From assembly GCA_964016885.1 (NCBI GenBank), contig OZ024740.1, positions 1,488,001-1,552,000 on the forward strand: a stretch of 64,000 bases of DNA, given 5' to 3'. Source of the DNA: Eledone cirrhosa (Eukaryota). Positions within the stretch are counted from its first letter, which is position 1; each line of letters opens with the position of its first letter. Below, one piece after another: positions 1-15,000 of this stretch. Position numbers and translations under genes: made by a program. The notes under the pieces are model-generated. The model saw only the letters and a list, made by a program, of their open reading frames with translations. It had not been told where the DNA came from and did not search any database.

Positions 1-3000
1 AGAAATATGGAAATAAAAGGGTTAGTCACATTCTTTACCTGTCTAACAGATACATTTACAGAATGTCTGACCTGCAGAAATATGGAAATAAAAGGGTTAG
101 TCACATTCTTTACCTGTCTAACAGATACATTTACAGAATGTCTGACCTGTAGAAATATGGAAAAAAAAGGGTTAGTGACATTCTTTACCTGTCTAACAGA
201 TACATTTACAGAATGTCTGACCTGTAGAAATATGGAAATAAAAGGGTTAGTCACATTCTTTACCTGTCTAACAGATACATTTACAGAATGTCTGACATGT
301 AGAAATATGGAAATAAAAGGGTTAGTCACATTCTTTACCTGTCTTACAGATACATTTACAGAATGTCTGACCTGTAGAAATATGGAAATAAAAGTGTTAG
401 TCACATTCTTTACCTGTCTAACAGATACATTTACAGAATGTCTGACCTGTAGAAATATGGAAATAAAAGGGTTAGTCACATTCTTTACCAGTCTAACAGA
501 TACATTTACAGAATGTCTGACCTGTAGAAATATGGAAATAAAAGGGTTAGTCACATTCTTTACCTGTCTAACAGATACATTTACAGAATGTCTGACCTGT
601 AGAAATATGGAAATAAAAGGGTTAGTCACATTCTTTACCTGTCTAACAGATACATTTACAGAATGTCTGACCTGTAGAAATATGGAAATAAAAGGGTTAG
701 TCACATTCTTTACCTGTCTAACAGATACATTTACAGAATGTCTGACCTGTAGAAATATGGAAACAAAAGGGTTAGTGACATTCTTTACCTGTCTAACAGA
801 TACATATACAGAATGTCTGACCTGTAAAAATATGGAAATAAAAGGGTTAGTCACATTCTTTACCTGTCTAACAGATACATTTACAGAATGTCTGACCTGT
901 AGAAATATGGAAATAAAAGGGTTAGTCACATTCTTTACCTGTCTAACAGATACATTTACAGAATGTCTGACCTGTAGAAATATGGAAACAAAAGGGTTAG
1001 TGACATTCTTTACCTGTCTAACAGATACATATACAGAATGTCTGACCTGTAAAAATATGGAAATAAAAGGGTTAGTCACATTCTTTACCTGTCTAACAGA
1101 TACATTTACAGAATGTCTGACCTGCAGAAATATGGAAATAAAAGGGTTAGTCACATTCTTTACCTGTCTTACAGATACATTTACAGAATGTCTGACCTGT
1201 AGAAATATGGAAATAAAAGGGTTAGTCACATTCTTTACCTGTCTAACAGATACATTTACAGAATGTCTGACCTGTAGAAATATGGAAACAAAAGGGTTAG
1301 TGACATTCTTTACCTGTCTAACAGATACATATACAGAATGTCTGACCTGTAAAGATATGGAAATAAAAGGGTTAGTCACATTCTTTACCTGTCTAACAGA
1401 TACATTTACAGAATGTCTGACCTGTAGAAATATGGAAATAAAAGGGTTAGTCACATTCTTTACCTGTCTAACAGATACATTTACAGAAAGTCTGACATGT
1501 AGAAATATAGAAATAAAAGGGTTAGTCACATTCTTTACCTGTCTTACAGATACATTTACAGAATGTCTGACCTGTAGAAATATGGAAATAAAAGGGTTAG
1601 TCACATTCTTTACCTGTCTAACAGATACATTTACAGAATGTTTGACCTGTAGAAATATGGAAACAAAAGGGTTAGTGACATTCTTTACCTGTCTAACAGA
1701 TACATATACAGAATGTCTGACCTGTAAAAATATGGAAATAAAAGGGTTAGTCACATTCTTTACCTGTCTAACAGATACATTTACAGAATGTCTGACCTGT
1801 AGAAATATGGAAATAAAAGGGTTAGTCACATTCTTTACCTGTCTAACAGATACATTTACAGAATGTCTGACCTGTAGAAATATGGAAATAAAAGGGTTAG
1901 TCACATTCTTTACCTGTCTTACAGATACATTTACAGAATGTCTGACCTGTAGAAATATGGAAATAAAAGGGTTAGTCACATTCTTTACCTGTCTAACAGA
2001 TACATTTACAGAATGTCTGACCTGTAGAAATATGGAAACAAAAGGGTTAGTGACATTCTTTACCTGTCTAACAGATACATATACAGAATGTCTGACCTGT
2101 AAAAATATGGAAATAAAAGGGTTAGTCACATTCTTTACCTGTCTAACAGATACATTTACAGAATGTCTGACCTGTAGAAATATGGAAATAAAAGGGTTAG
2201 TCACATTCTTTACCTGTCTAACAGATACATTTACAGAATGTCTGACCTGTAGAAATATGGAAATAAAAGGGTTAGTCACATTCTTTACCTGTCTTACAGA
2301 TACATTTACAGAATGTCTGACCTGTAGAAATATGGAAATAAAAGGGTTAGTCACATTCTTTACCTGTCTAACAGATACATTTACAGAATGTCTGACCTGT
2401 AGAAATATGGAAATAAAAGGGTTAGTCACATTCTTTACCTGTCTAACAGATACATTTACAGAATGTCTGACCTGTAGAAATATGGAAATAAAAGGGTTAG
2501 TCACATTCTTTACCTGTCTAACAGATACATTTACAGAATGTCTGACCTGTAGAAATATGGAAATAAAAGGGTTAGTCACATTCTTTACCTGTCTAACAGA
2601 TACATTTACAGAATGTCTGACCTGTAGAAATATGGAAATAAAAGGGTTAGTCACATTCTTTACCTGTCTAACAGATACATTTACAGAATGTCTGACCTGT
2701 AGAAATATGGAAATAAAAGGGTTAGTCACATTCTTTACCTGTCTAACAGATACATTTACAGAATGTCTGACCTGTAGAAATATGGAAATAAAAGGGTTAG
2801 TCACATTCTTTACCAGTCTAACAGATACATTTACAGAATGTCTGACCTGTAGAAATATGGAAATAAAAGGGTTAGTCACATTCTTTAGCTGTCTTACAGA
2901 TACATTTACAGAATGTCTGACCTGTAGAAATATGGAAATAAAAGGGTTAGTCACATTCTTTACCTGTCTAACAGATACATTTACAGAATGTGTGACCTGT

Positions 3001-6000
3001 AGAAATATGGAAACAAAAGGGTTAGTGACATTCTTTACCTGTCTAACAGATACATATACAGAATGTCTGACCTGTAAAAATATGGAAATAAAAGGGTTAG
3101 TCACATTCTTTACCTGTCTAACAGATACATTTACAGAATGTCTGACCTGTAGAAATATGGAAATAAAAGGGTTAGTCACATTCTTTACCTGTCTAACAGA
3201 TACATTTACAGAAAGTCTGACATGTAGAAATATAGAAATAAAAGGGTTAGTCACATTCTTTACCTGTCTTACAGATACATTTACAGAATGTCTGACCTGT
3301 AGAAATATGGAAATAAAAGGGTTAGTCACATTCTTTACCTGTCTAACAGATACATTTACAGAATGTTTGACCTGTAGAAATATGGAAACAAAAGGGTTAG
3401 TGACATTCTTTACCTGTCTAACAGATACATATACAGAATGTCTGACCTGTAAAAATATGGAAATAAAAGGGTTAGTCACATTCTTTACCTGTCTAACAGA
3501 TACATTTACAGAATGTCTGACCTGTAGAAATATGGAAATAAAAGGGTTAGTCACATTCTTTACCTGTCTAACAGATACATTTACAGAATGTCTGACCTGT
3601 AGAAATATGGAAATAAAAGGGTTAGTCACATTCTTTACCTGTCTTACAGATACATTTACAGAATGTCTGACCTGTAGAAATATGGAAATAAAAGGGTTAG
3701 TCACATTCTTTACCTGTCTAACAGATACATTTACAGAATGTCTGACCTGTAGAAATATGGAAACAAAAGGGTTAGTGACATTCTTTACCTGTCTAACAGA
3801 TACATATACAGAATGTCTGACCTGTAAAAATATGGAAATAAAAGGGTTAGTCACATTCTTTACCTGTCTAACAGATACATTTACAGAATGTCTGACCTGT
3901 AGAAATATGGAAATAAAAGGGTTAGTCACATTCTTTACCTGTCTAACAGATACATTTACAGAATGTCTGACCTGTAGAAATATGGAAATAAAAGGGTTAG
4001 TCACATTCTTTACCTGTCTTACAGATACATTTACAGAATGTCTGACCTGTAGAAATATGGAAATAAAAGGGTTAGTCACATTCTTTACCTGTCTAACAGA
4101 TACATTTACAGAATGTCTGACCTGTAGAAATATGGAAATAAAAGGGTTAGTCACATTCTTTACCTGTCTAACAGATACATTTACAGAATGTCTGACCTGT
4201 AGAAATATGGAAATAAAAGGGTTAGTCACATTCTTTACCTGTCTAACAGATACATTTACAGAATGTCTGACCTGTAGAAATATGGAAATAAAAGGGTTAG
4301 TCACATTCTTTACCTGTCTAACAGATACATTTACAGAATGTCTGACCTGTAGAAATATGGAAATAAAAGGGTTAGTCACATTCTTTACCTGTCTAACAGA
4401 TACATTTACAGAATGTCTGACCTGTAGAAATATGGAAATAAAAGGGTTAGTCACATTCTTTACCTGTCTAACAGATACATTTACAGAATGTCTGACCTGT
4501 AGAAATATGGAAATAAAAGGGTTAGTCACATTCTTTACCAGTCTAACAGATACATTTACAGAATGTCTGACCTGTAGAAATATGGAAATAAAAGGGTTAG
4601 TCACATTCTTTAGCTGTCTTACAGATACATTTACAGAATGTCTGACCTGTAGAAATATGGAAATAAAAGGGTTAGTCACATTCTTTACCTGTCTAACAGA
4701 TACATTTACAGAATGTGTGACCTGTAGAAATATGGAAACAAAAGGGTTAGTGACATTCTTTACCTGTCTAACAGATACATATACAGAATGTCTGACCTGT
4801 AAAAATATGGAAATAAAAGGGTTAGTCACATTCTTTACCTGTCTAACAGATACATTTACAGAATGTCTGACCTGTAGAAATATGGAAATAAAAGGGTTAG
4901 TCACATTCTTTACCTGTCTTACAGATACATTTACAGAATGTCTGACCTGTAGAAATATGGAAATAAAAGGGTTAGTCACATTCTTTACCTGTCTAACAGA
5001 TACATTTACAGAATGTCTGACCTGTAGAAATATGGAAATAAAAGGGTTAGTCACATTCTTTACCTGTCTAACAGATACATTTACAGAATGTCTGACCTGT
5101 AGAAATATGGAAATAAAAGGGTTAGTCACATTCTTTACCTGTCTAACAGATACCTTTACAGAATGTCTGACCTGTAGAAATATGGAAACAAAAGGGTTAG
5201 TGACATTCTTTACATGTCTAACAGATACATATACAGAATGTCTGACCTGTAGAAATATGGAAATAAAAGTGTTAGTCACATTCTTTACCTGTCTAACAGA
5301 TACATTTACAGAATGTCTGACCTGTAGAAATATGGAAATAAAAGGGTTAGTCACATTCTTTACCTGTCTAACAGATACATTTACAGAATGTCTGACCTGT
5401 AGAAATATGGAAATAAAAGGGTTAGTCACATTCTTTACCTGTCTAACAGATACATTTACAGAATGTCTGACCTGTAGAAATATGGAAATAAAAGGGTTAG
5501 TCACATTCTTTACCTGTCTAACAGATACATTTACAGAATGTCTGACCTGTAGAAATATGGAAACAAAAGGGTTAGTGACATTCTTTACATGTCTAACAGA
5601 TACATATACAGAATGTCTGACCTGTAGAAATATGGAAATAAAAGTGTTAGTCACATTCTTTACCTGTCTAACAGATACATTTACAGAATGTCTGACCTGT
5701 AGAAATATGGAAATAAAAGGGTTAGTCACATTCTTTACCTGTCTAACAGATACATTTACAGAATGTCTGACCTGTAGAAATATGGAAATAAAAGGGTTAG
5801 TCACATTCTTTACCTGTCTAACAGATACATTTACAGAATGTCTGACCTGTAGAAATATGGAAATAAAAGGGTTAGTCACATTCTTTACCTGTCTAACAGA
5901 TACATTTACAGAATGTCTGACATGTAGAAATATGGAAATAAAAGGGTTAGTCACATTCTTTACATATCTAACAGATACATTTACAGAATGTCTGACCTAT

Positions 6001-9000
6001 AGAAATATGGAAATAAAAGTGTTAGTCACATTCTTTACCTGTCTAACAGATACATGTACAGAATGTCTGACCTGTAGAAATATGGAAATAAAAGGGTTAG
6101 TCACATTCTTTACCTGTCTTACAGATACATTTACAGAATGTCTGACCTGTAGAAATATGGAAATAAAAGGGTTAGTCACATTCTTTACCTGTCTAACAGA
6201 TACATTTACAGAATGTCTGACCTGCAGAAATATGGAAATAAAAGGGTTAGTCACATTCTTTACCTGTCTAACAGATACATTTACAGAATGTCTGACCTGT
6301 AGAAATATGGAAAAAAAAGGGTTAGTGACATTCTTTACCTGTCTAACAGATACATTTACAGAATGTCTGACCTGTAAAAATATGGAAATAAAAGGGTTAG
6401 TCACATTCTTTACCTGTCTAACAGATACATTTACAGAATGTCTGACCTGTAGAAATATGGAAATAAAAGGGTTAGTCACATTCTTTACCTGTCTTACAGA
6501 TACATTTACAGAATGTCTGACCTGTAGAAATATGGAAATAAAAGTGTTAGTCACATTCTTTACCTGTCTAACAGATACATTTACAGAATGTCTGACCTGT
6601 AGAAATATGGAAATAAAAGGGTTAGTCACATTCTTTACCAGTCTAACAGATACATTTACAGAATGTCTGACCTGTAGAAATATGGAAATAAAAGGGTTAG
6701 TCACATTCTTTACCTGTCTAACAGATACATTTACAGAATGTCTGACCTGTAGAAATATGGAAATAAAAGGGTTAGTCACATTCTTTACCTGTCTAACAGA
6801 TACATTTACAGAATGTCTGACCTGTAGAAATATGGAAATAAAAGGGTTAGTCACATTCTTTACCTGTCTAACAGATACATTTACAGAATGTCTGACCTGT
6901 AGAAATATGGAAACAAAAGGGTTAGTGACATTCTTTACCTGTCTAACAGATACATATACAGAATGTCTGACCTGTAAAAATATGGAAATAAAAGGGTTAG
7001 TCACATTCTTTACCTGTCTAACAGATACATTTACAGAATGTCTGAGCTGTAGAAATATGGAAAAAAAAGGGTTAGTCACATTCTTTACCTGTCTAACAGA
7101 TACATTTACAGAATGTCTGACCTGTAGAAATATGGAAACAAAAGGGTTAGTGACATTCTTTACCTGTCTAACAGATACATATACAGAATGTCTGACCTGT
7201 AAAAATATGGAAATAAAAGGGTTAGTCACATTCTTTACCTGTCTAACAGATACATTTACAGAATGTCTGACCTGCAGAAATATGGAAATAAAAGGGTTAG
7301 TCACATTCTTTACCTGTCTTACAGATACATTTACAGAATGTCTGACCTGTAGAAATATGGAAATAAAAGGGTTAGTCACATTCTTTACCTGTCTAACAGA
7401 TACATTTACAGAATGTCTGACCTGTAGAAATATAGAAACAAAAGGGTTAGTGACATTCTTTACCTGTCTAACAGATACATATACAGAATGTCTGACCTGT
7501 AAAAATATGGAAATAAAAGGGTTAGTCACATTCTTTACCTGTCTAACAGATACATTTACAGAATGTCTGACCTGTAGAAATATGGAAATAAAAGGGTTAG
7601 TCACATTCTTTACCTGTCTAACAGATACATTTACAGAAAGTCTGACCTGTAGAAATATGGAAACAAAAGGGTTAGTGACATTCTTTACCTGTCTAACAGA
7701 TACATATACAGAATGTCTGACCTGTAGAAATATGGAAATAAAAGGGTTAGTCACATTCTTTACCTGTCTAACAGATACATTTACAGAATGTCTGACCTGT
7801 AGAAATATGGAAATAAAAGGGTTAGTCACATTCTTTACCTGTCTAACAGATACATTTACAGAATGTCTGACCTGTAGAAATATGGAAATAAAAGGGTTAG
7901 TCACATTCTTTACCTGTCTTACAGATACATTTACAGAATGTCTGACCTGTAGAAATATGGAAATAAAAGGGTTAGTCACATTCTTTACCTGTCTTACAGA
8001 TACATTTACAGAATGTCTGACCTGTAGAAATATGGAAATAAAAGGGTTAGTCACATTCTTTACCTGTCTAACAGATACATTTACAGAATGTCTGACCTGT
8101 AGAAATATAGAAACAAAAGGGTTAGTGACATTCTTTACCTGTCTAACAGATACATATACAGAATGTCTGACCTGTAAAAATATGGAAATAAAAGGGTTAG
8201 TCACATTCTTTACCTGTCTAACAGATACATTTACAGAATGTCTGACCTGTAGAAATATGGAAATAAAAGGGTTAGTCACATTCTTTACCTGTCTAACAGA
8301 TACATTTACAGAATGTCTGACCTGTAGAAATATGGAAATAAAAGGGTTAGTCACATTCTTTACCTGTCTTACAGATACATTTACAGAATGTCTGACCTGT
8401 AGAAATATGGAAATAAAAGGGTTAGTCACATTCTTTACCTGTCTAACAGATACATTTACAGAATGTCTGACCTGTAGAAATATGGAAACAAAAGGGTTAG
8501 TGACATTCTTTACCTGTCTAACAGATACATATACAGAATGTCTGACCTGTAAAAATATGGAAATAAAAGGGTTAGTCACATTCTTTACCTGTCTAACAGA
8601 TACATTTACAGAATGTCTGACCTGTAGAAATATGGAAATAAAAGGGTTAGTCACATTCTTTACCTGTCTAACAGATACATTTACAGAATGTCTGACCTGT
8701 AGAAATATAGAAATAAAAGGGTTAGTCACATTCTTTACCTGTCTTACAGATACATTTACAGAATGTCTGACCTGTAGAAATATGGAAATAAAAGGGTTAG
8801 CCACATTCTTTACCTGTCTAACAGATACATTTACAGAATGTCTGACCTGTAGAAATATGGAAATAAAAGGGTTAGTCACATTCTTTACCTGTCTAACAGA
8901 TACATTTACAGAATGTCTGACCTGTTGAAATATGGAAATAAAAGGGTTAGTCACATTCTTTACCTGTCTAACAGATACATTTACAGAATGTCTGACCTGT

Positions 9001-12000
9001 AGAAATATGGAAATAAAAGGGTTAGTCACATTCTTTACCTGTCTAACAGATACATTTACAGAATGTCTGACCTGTAGAAATATGGAAATAAAAGGGTTAG
9101 TCACATTCTTTACCTGTCTAACAGATACATTTACAGAATGTCTGACCTGTAGAAATATGGAAAGAAAAGGGTTAGTCACATTCTTTACCTGTCTAACAGA
9201 TACATTTACAGAATGTCTGACCTGTAGAAATATGGAAATAAAAGGGTTAGTCACATTCTTTACCTGTCTAACAGATACATTTACAGAATGTCTGACCTGT
9301 AGAAATATGGAAATAAAAGGGTTAGTCACATTCTTTACCTGTCTAACAGATACATTTACAGAATGTCTGACCTGTAGAAATATGGAAATAAAAGGGTTAG
9401 TCACATTCTTTACCAGTCTAACAGATACATTTACAGAATGTCTGACCTGTAGAAATATGGAAATAAAAGGGTTAGTCACATTCTTTACCTGTCTTACAGA
9501 TACATTTACAGAATGTCTGACCTGTAGAAATATGGAAATAAAAGGGTTAGTCACATTCTTTACCTGTCTAACAGATACATTTACAGAATGTCTGACCTGT
9601 AGAAATATGGAAACAAAAGGGTTAGTGACATTCTTTACCTGTCTAACAGATACATATACAGAATGTCTGACCTGTAAAAATATGGAAATAAAAGGGTTAG
9701 TCACATTCTTTACCTGTCTAACAGATACATTTACAGAATGTCTGACCTGTAGAAATATGGAAATAAACGGGTTAGTCACATTCTTTACCTGTCTTACAGA
9801 TACATTTACAGAATGTCTGACCTGTAGAAATATGGAAATAAAAGGGTTAGTCACATTCTTTACCTGTCTAACAGATACATTTACAGAATGTCTGACCTGT
9901 AGAAATATGGAAATAAAAGGGTTAGTCACATTCTTTACCTGTCTAACAGATACATTTACAGAATGTCTGACCTGTAGAAATATGGAAATAAAAGGGTTAG
10001 TCACATTCTTTACCTGTCTAACAGATACATTTACAGAATGTCTGACCTGTAGAAATATGGAAATAAAAGGGTTAGTCACATTCTTTACCTGTCTAACAGA
10101 TACATTTACAGAATGTCTGACCTGCAGAAATATGGAAATAAAAGGGTTAGTCACATTCTTTACCTGTCTAACAGATACATTTACAGAATGTCTGACCTGT
10201 AGAAATATGGAAACAAAAGGGTTAGTGACATTCTTTACATGTCTAACAGATACATATACAGAATGTCTGACCTGTAGAAATATGGAAATAAAAGTGTTAG
10301 TCACATTCTTTACCTGTCTAACAGATACATTTACAGAATGTCTGACCTGTAGAAATATGGAAATAAAAGGGTTAGTCACATTCTTTACCTGTCTAACAGA
10401 TACATTTACAGAATGTCTGACCTGTAGAAATATGGAAATAAAAGGGTTAGTCACATTCTTTACCTGTCTAACAGATACATTTACAGAATGTCTGACCTGT
10501 AGAAATATGGAAATAAAAGGGTTAGTCACATTCTTTACCTGTCTAACAGATACATTTACAGAATGTCTGACATGTAGAAATATGGAAATAAAAGGGTTAG
10601 TCACATTCTTTACATATCTAACAGATACATTTACAGAATGTCTGACCTATAGAAATATGGAAATAAAAGTGTTAGTCACATTCTTTACCTGTCTAACAGA
10701 TACATGTACAGAATGTCTGACCTGTAGAAATATGGAAATAAAAGGGTTAGTCACATTCTTTACCTGTCTTACAGATACATTTACAGAATGTCTGACCTGT
10801 AGAAATATGGAAATAAAAGGGTTAGTCACATTCTTTACCTGTCTAACAGATACATTTACAGAATGTCTGACCTGCAGAAATATGGAAATAAAAGGGTTAG
10901 TCACATTCTTTACCTGTCTAACAGATACATTTACAGAATGTCTGACCTGTAGAAATATGGAAAAAAAAGGGTTAGTGACATTCTTTACCTGTCTAACAGA
11001 TACATTTACAGAATGTCTGACCTGTAAAAATATGGAAATAAAAGGGTTAGTCACATTCTTTACCTGTCTAACAGATACATTTACAGAATGTCTGACCTGT
11101 AGAAATATGGAAATAAAAGGGTTAGTCACATTCTTTACCTGTCTTACAGATACATTTACAGAATGTCTGACCTGTAGAAATATGGAAATAAAAGTGTTAG
11201 TCACATTCTTTACCTGTCTAACAGATACATTTACAGAATGTCTGACCTGTAGAAATATGGAAATAAAAGGGTTAGTCACATTCTTTACCAGTCTAACAGA
11301 TACATTTACAGAATGTCTGACCTGTAGAAATATGGAAATAAAAGGGTTAGTCACATTCTTTACCTGTCTAACAGATACATTTACAGAATGTCTGACCTGT
11401 AGAAATATGGAAATAAAAGGGTTAGTCACATTCTTTACCTGTCTAACAGATACATTTACAGAATGTCTGACCTGTAGAAATATGGAAATAAAAGGGTTAG
11501 TCACATTCTTTACCTGTCTAACAGATACATTTACAGAATGTCTGACCTGTAGAAATATGGAAACAAAAGGGTTAGTGACATTCTTTACCTGTCTAACAGA
11601 TACATATACAGAATGTCTGACCTGTAAAAATATGGAAATAAAAGGGTTAGTCACATTCTTTACCTGTCTAACAGATACATTTACAGAATGTCTGAGCTGT
11701 AGAAATATGGAAAAAAAAGGGTTAGTCACATTCTTTACCTGTCTAACACATACATTTACAGAATGTCTGACCTGTAGAAATATGGAAACAAAAGGGTTAG
11801 TGACATTCTTTACCTGTCTAACAGATACATTTACAGAATGTCTGACCTGTAGAAATATGGAAATAAAAGGGTTAGTCACATTCTTTACCTGTCTAACAGA
11901 TACATTTACAGAATGTCTGACCTGTAGAAATATGGAAATAAAAGGGTTAGTCACATTCTTTACCTGTCTAACAGATACATTTACAGAATGTCTGACCTGT

Positions 12001-15000
12001 AGAAATATGGAAATAAAAGGGTTAGTCACATTCTTTACCTGTCTAACAGATACATTTACAGAATGTCTGACCTGTAGAAATATGGAAATAAAAGGGTTAG
12101 TCACATTCTTTACCTGTCTAACAGATACATTTACAGAATGTCTGACCTGTAGAAATATGGAAATAAAAGGGTTAGTCACATTCTTTACCTGTCTAACAGA
12201 TACATTTACAGAATGTCTGACCTGTAGAAATATGGAAATAAAAGGGTTAGTCACATTCTTTACCTGTCTAACAGATACATTTACAGAATGTCTGACCTGT
12301 AGAAATATGGAAATAAAAGGGTTAGTCACATTCTTTACCTGTCTAACAGATACATTTACAGAATGTCTGACCTGTAGAAATATGGAAATAAAAGGGTTAG
12401 TCACATTCTTTACCTGTCTAACAGATACATTTACAGAATGTCTGACCTGTAGAAATATGGAAATAAAAGGGTTAGTCACATTCTTTACCTGTCTAACAGA
12501 TACATTTACAGAATGTCTGACCTGTAGAAATATGGAAACAAAAGGGTTAGTGACATTCTTTACCTGTCTAACAGATACATATACAGAATGTCTGACCTGT
12601 AAAAATATGGAAATAAAAGGGTTAGTCACATTCTTTACCTGTCTAACAGATACATTTACAGAATGTCTGAGCTGTAGAAATATAGAAAAAAAAGGGTTAG
12701 TCACATTCTTTACCTGTCTAACAGATACATTTACAGAATGTCTGACCTGTAGAAATATGGAAACAAAAGGGTTAGTGACATTCTTTACCTGTCTAACAGA
12801 TACATATACAGAATGTCTGACCTGTAAAAATATGGAAATAAAAGGGTTAGTCACATTCTTTACCTGTCTAACAGATACATTTACAGAATGTCTGACCTGC
12901 AGAAATATGGAAATAAAAGGGTTAGTCACATTCTTTACCTGTCTTACAGATACATTTACAGAATGTCTGACCTGTAGAAATATGGAAATAAAAGGGTTAG
13001 TCACATTCTTTACCTGTCTAACAGATACATTTACAGAATGTCTGACCTGTAGAAATATAGAAACAAAAGGGTTAGTGACATTCTTTACCTGTCTAACAGA
13101 TACATATACAGAATGTCTGACCTGTAAAAATATGGAAATAAAAGGGTTAGTCACATTCTTTACCTGTCTAACAGATACATTTACAGAATGTCTGACCTGT
13201 AGAAATATGGAAATAAAAGGGTTAGTCACATTCTTTACCTGTCTAACAGATACATTTACAGAATATCTGACCTGTAGAAATATGGAAATAAAAGGGTTAG
13301 TCACATTCTTTACCTGTCTAACAGATACATTTACAGAATGTCTGACCTGTAGAAATATGGAAATAAAAGGGTTAGTCACATTCTTTACCTGTCTAACAGA
13401 TACATTTACAGAAAGTCTGACCTGTAGAAATATGGAAACAAAAGGGTTAGTGACATTCTTTACCTGTCTAACAGATACATATACAGAATGTCTGACCTGT
13501 AAAAATATGGAAATAAAAGGGTTAGTCACATTCTTTACCTGTCTAACAGATACATTTACAGAATGTCTGACCTGTAGAAATATGGAAATAAAAGGGTTAG
13601 TCACATTCTTTACCTGTCTAACAGATACATTTACAGAATGTCTGACCTGTAGAAATATGGAAATAAAAGGGTTAGTCACATTCTTTACCTGTCTTACAGA
13701 TACATTTACAGAATGTCTGACCTGTAGAAATATGGAAATAAAAGGGTTAGTCACATTCTTTACCTGTCTAACAGATACATTTACAGAATGTCTGACCTGT
13801 AGAAATATGGAAACAAAAGGGTTAGTGACATTCTTTACCTGTCTAACAGATACATATACAGAATGTCTGACCTGTAAAAATATGGAAATAAAAGGGTTAG
13901 TCACATTCTTTACCTGTCTAACAGATACATTTACAGAATGTCTGACCTGTAGAAATATGGAAATAAAAGGGTTAGTCACATTCTTTACCTGTCTAACAGA
14001 TACATTTACAGAATGTCTGACCTGTAGAAATATAGAAATAAAAGGGTTAGTCACATTCTTTACCTGTCTTACAGATACATTTACAGAATGTCTGACCTGT
14101 AGAAATATGGAAATAAAAGGGTTAGTCACATTCTTTACCTGTCTAACAGATACATTTACAGAATGTCTGACCTGTAGAAATATGGAAATAAAAGGGTTAG
14201 TCACATTCTTTACATATCTAAGAGATACATTTACAGAATGTCTGACCTATAGAAATATGGAAATAAAAGTGTTAGTCGCATTCTTTACCTGTCTAACAGA
14301 TACATGTACAGAATGTCTGACCTGTAGAAATATGGAAATAAAAGGGTTAGTCACATTCTTTACCTGTCTTACAGATACATTTACAGAATGTCTGACCTGT
14401 AGAAATATGGAAATAAAAGGGTTAGTCACATTCTTTACCTGTCTAACAGATACATTTACAGAATGTCTGACCTGCAGAAATATGGAAATAAAAGGGTTAG
14501 TCACATTCTTTACCTGTCTAACAGATACATTTACAGAATGTCTAACCTGTAGAAATATGGAAAAAAAAGGGTTAGTGACATTCTTTACCTGTCTAACAGA
14601 TACATTTACAGAATGTCTGACCTGTAAAAATATGGAAATAAAAGGGTTAGTCACATTCTTTACCTGTCTAACAGATACATTTACAGAATGTCTGACCTGT
14701 AGAAATATGGAAATAAAAGGGTTAGTCACATTCTTTACCTGTCTTACAGATACATTTACAGAATGTCTGACCTGTAGAAATATGGAAATAAAAGTGTTAG
14801 TCACATTCTTTACCTGTCTAACAGATACATTTACAGAATGTCTGACCTGTAGAAATATGGAAATAAAAGGGTTAGTCACATTCTTTACCAGTCTAACAGA
14901 TACATTTACAGAATGTCTGACCTGTAGAAATATGGAAATAAAAGGGTTAGTCACATTCTTTACCTGTCTAACAGATACATTTACAGAATGTCTGACCTGT

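Noticed and set aside
19-25. Telomere-related motif GGGTTAG in the monomer
   Set aside because: Only a single 7-nt match per monomer and no (TTAGGG)n run anywhere in the window.
1-75. Hammerhead ribozyme in the satellite monomer (as in newt/schistosome satellites)
   Set aside because: No CUGANGA core on either strand; the monomer has CTGACCT instead.
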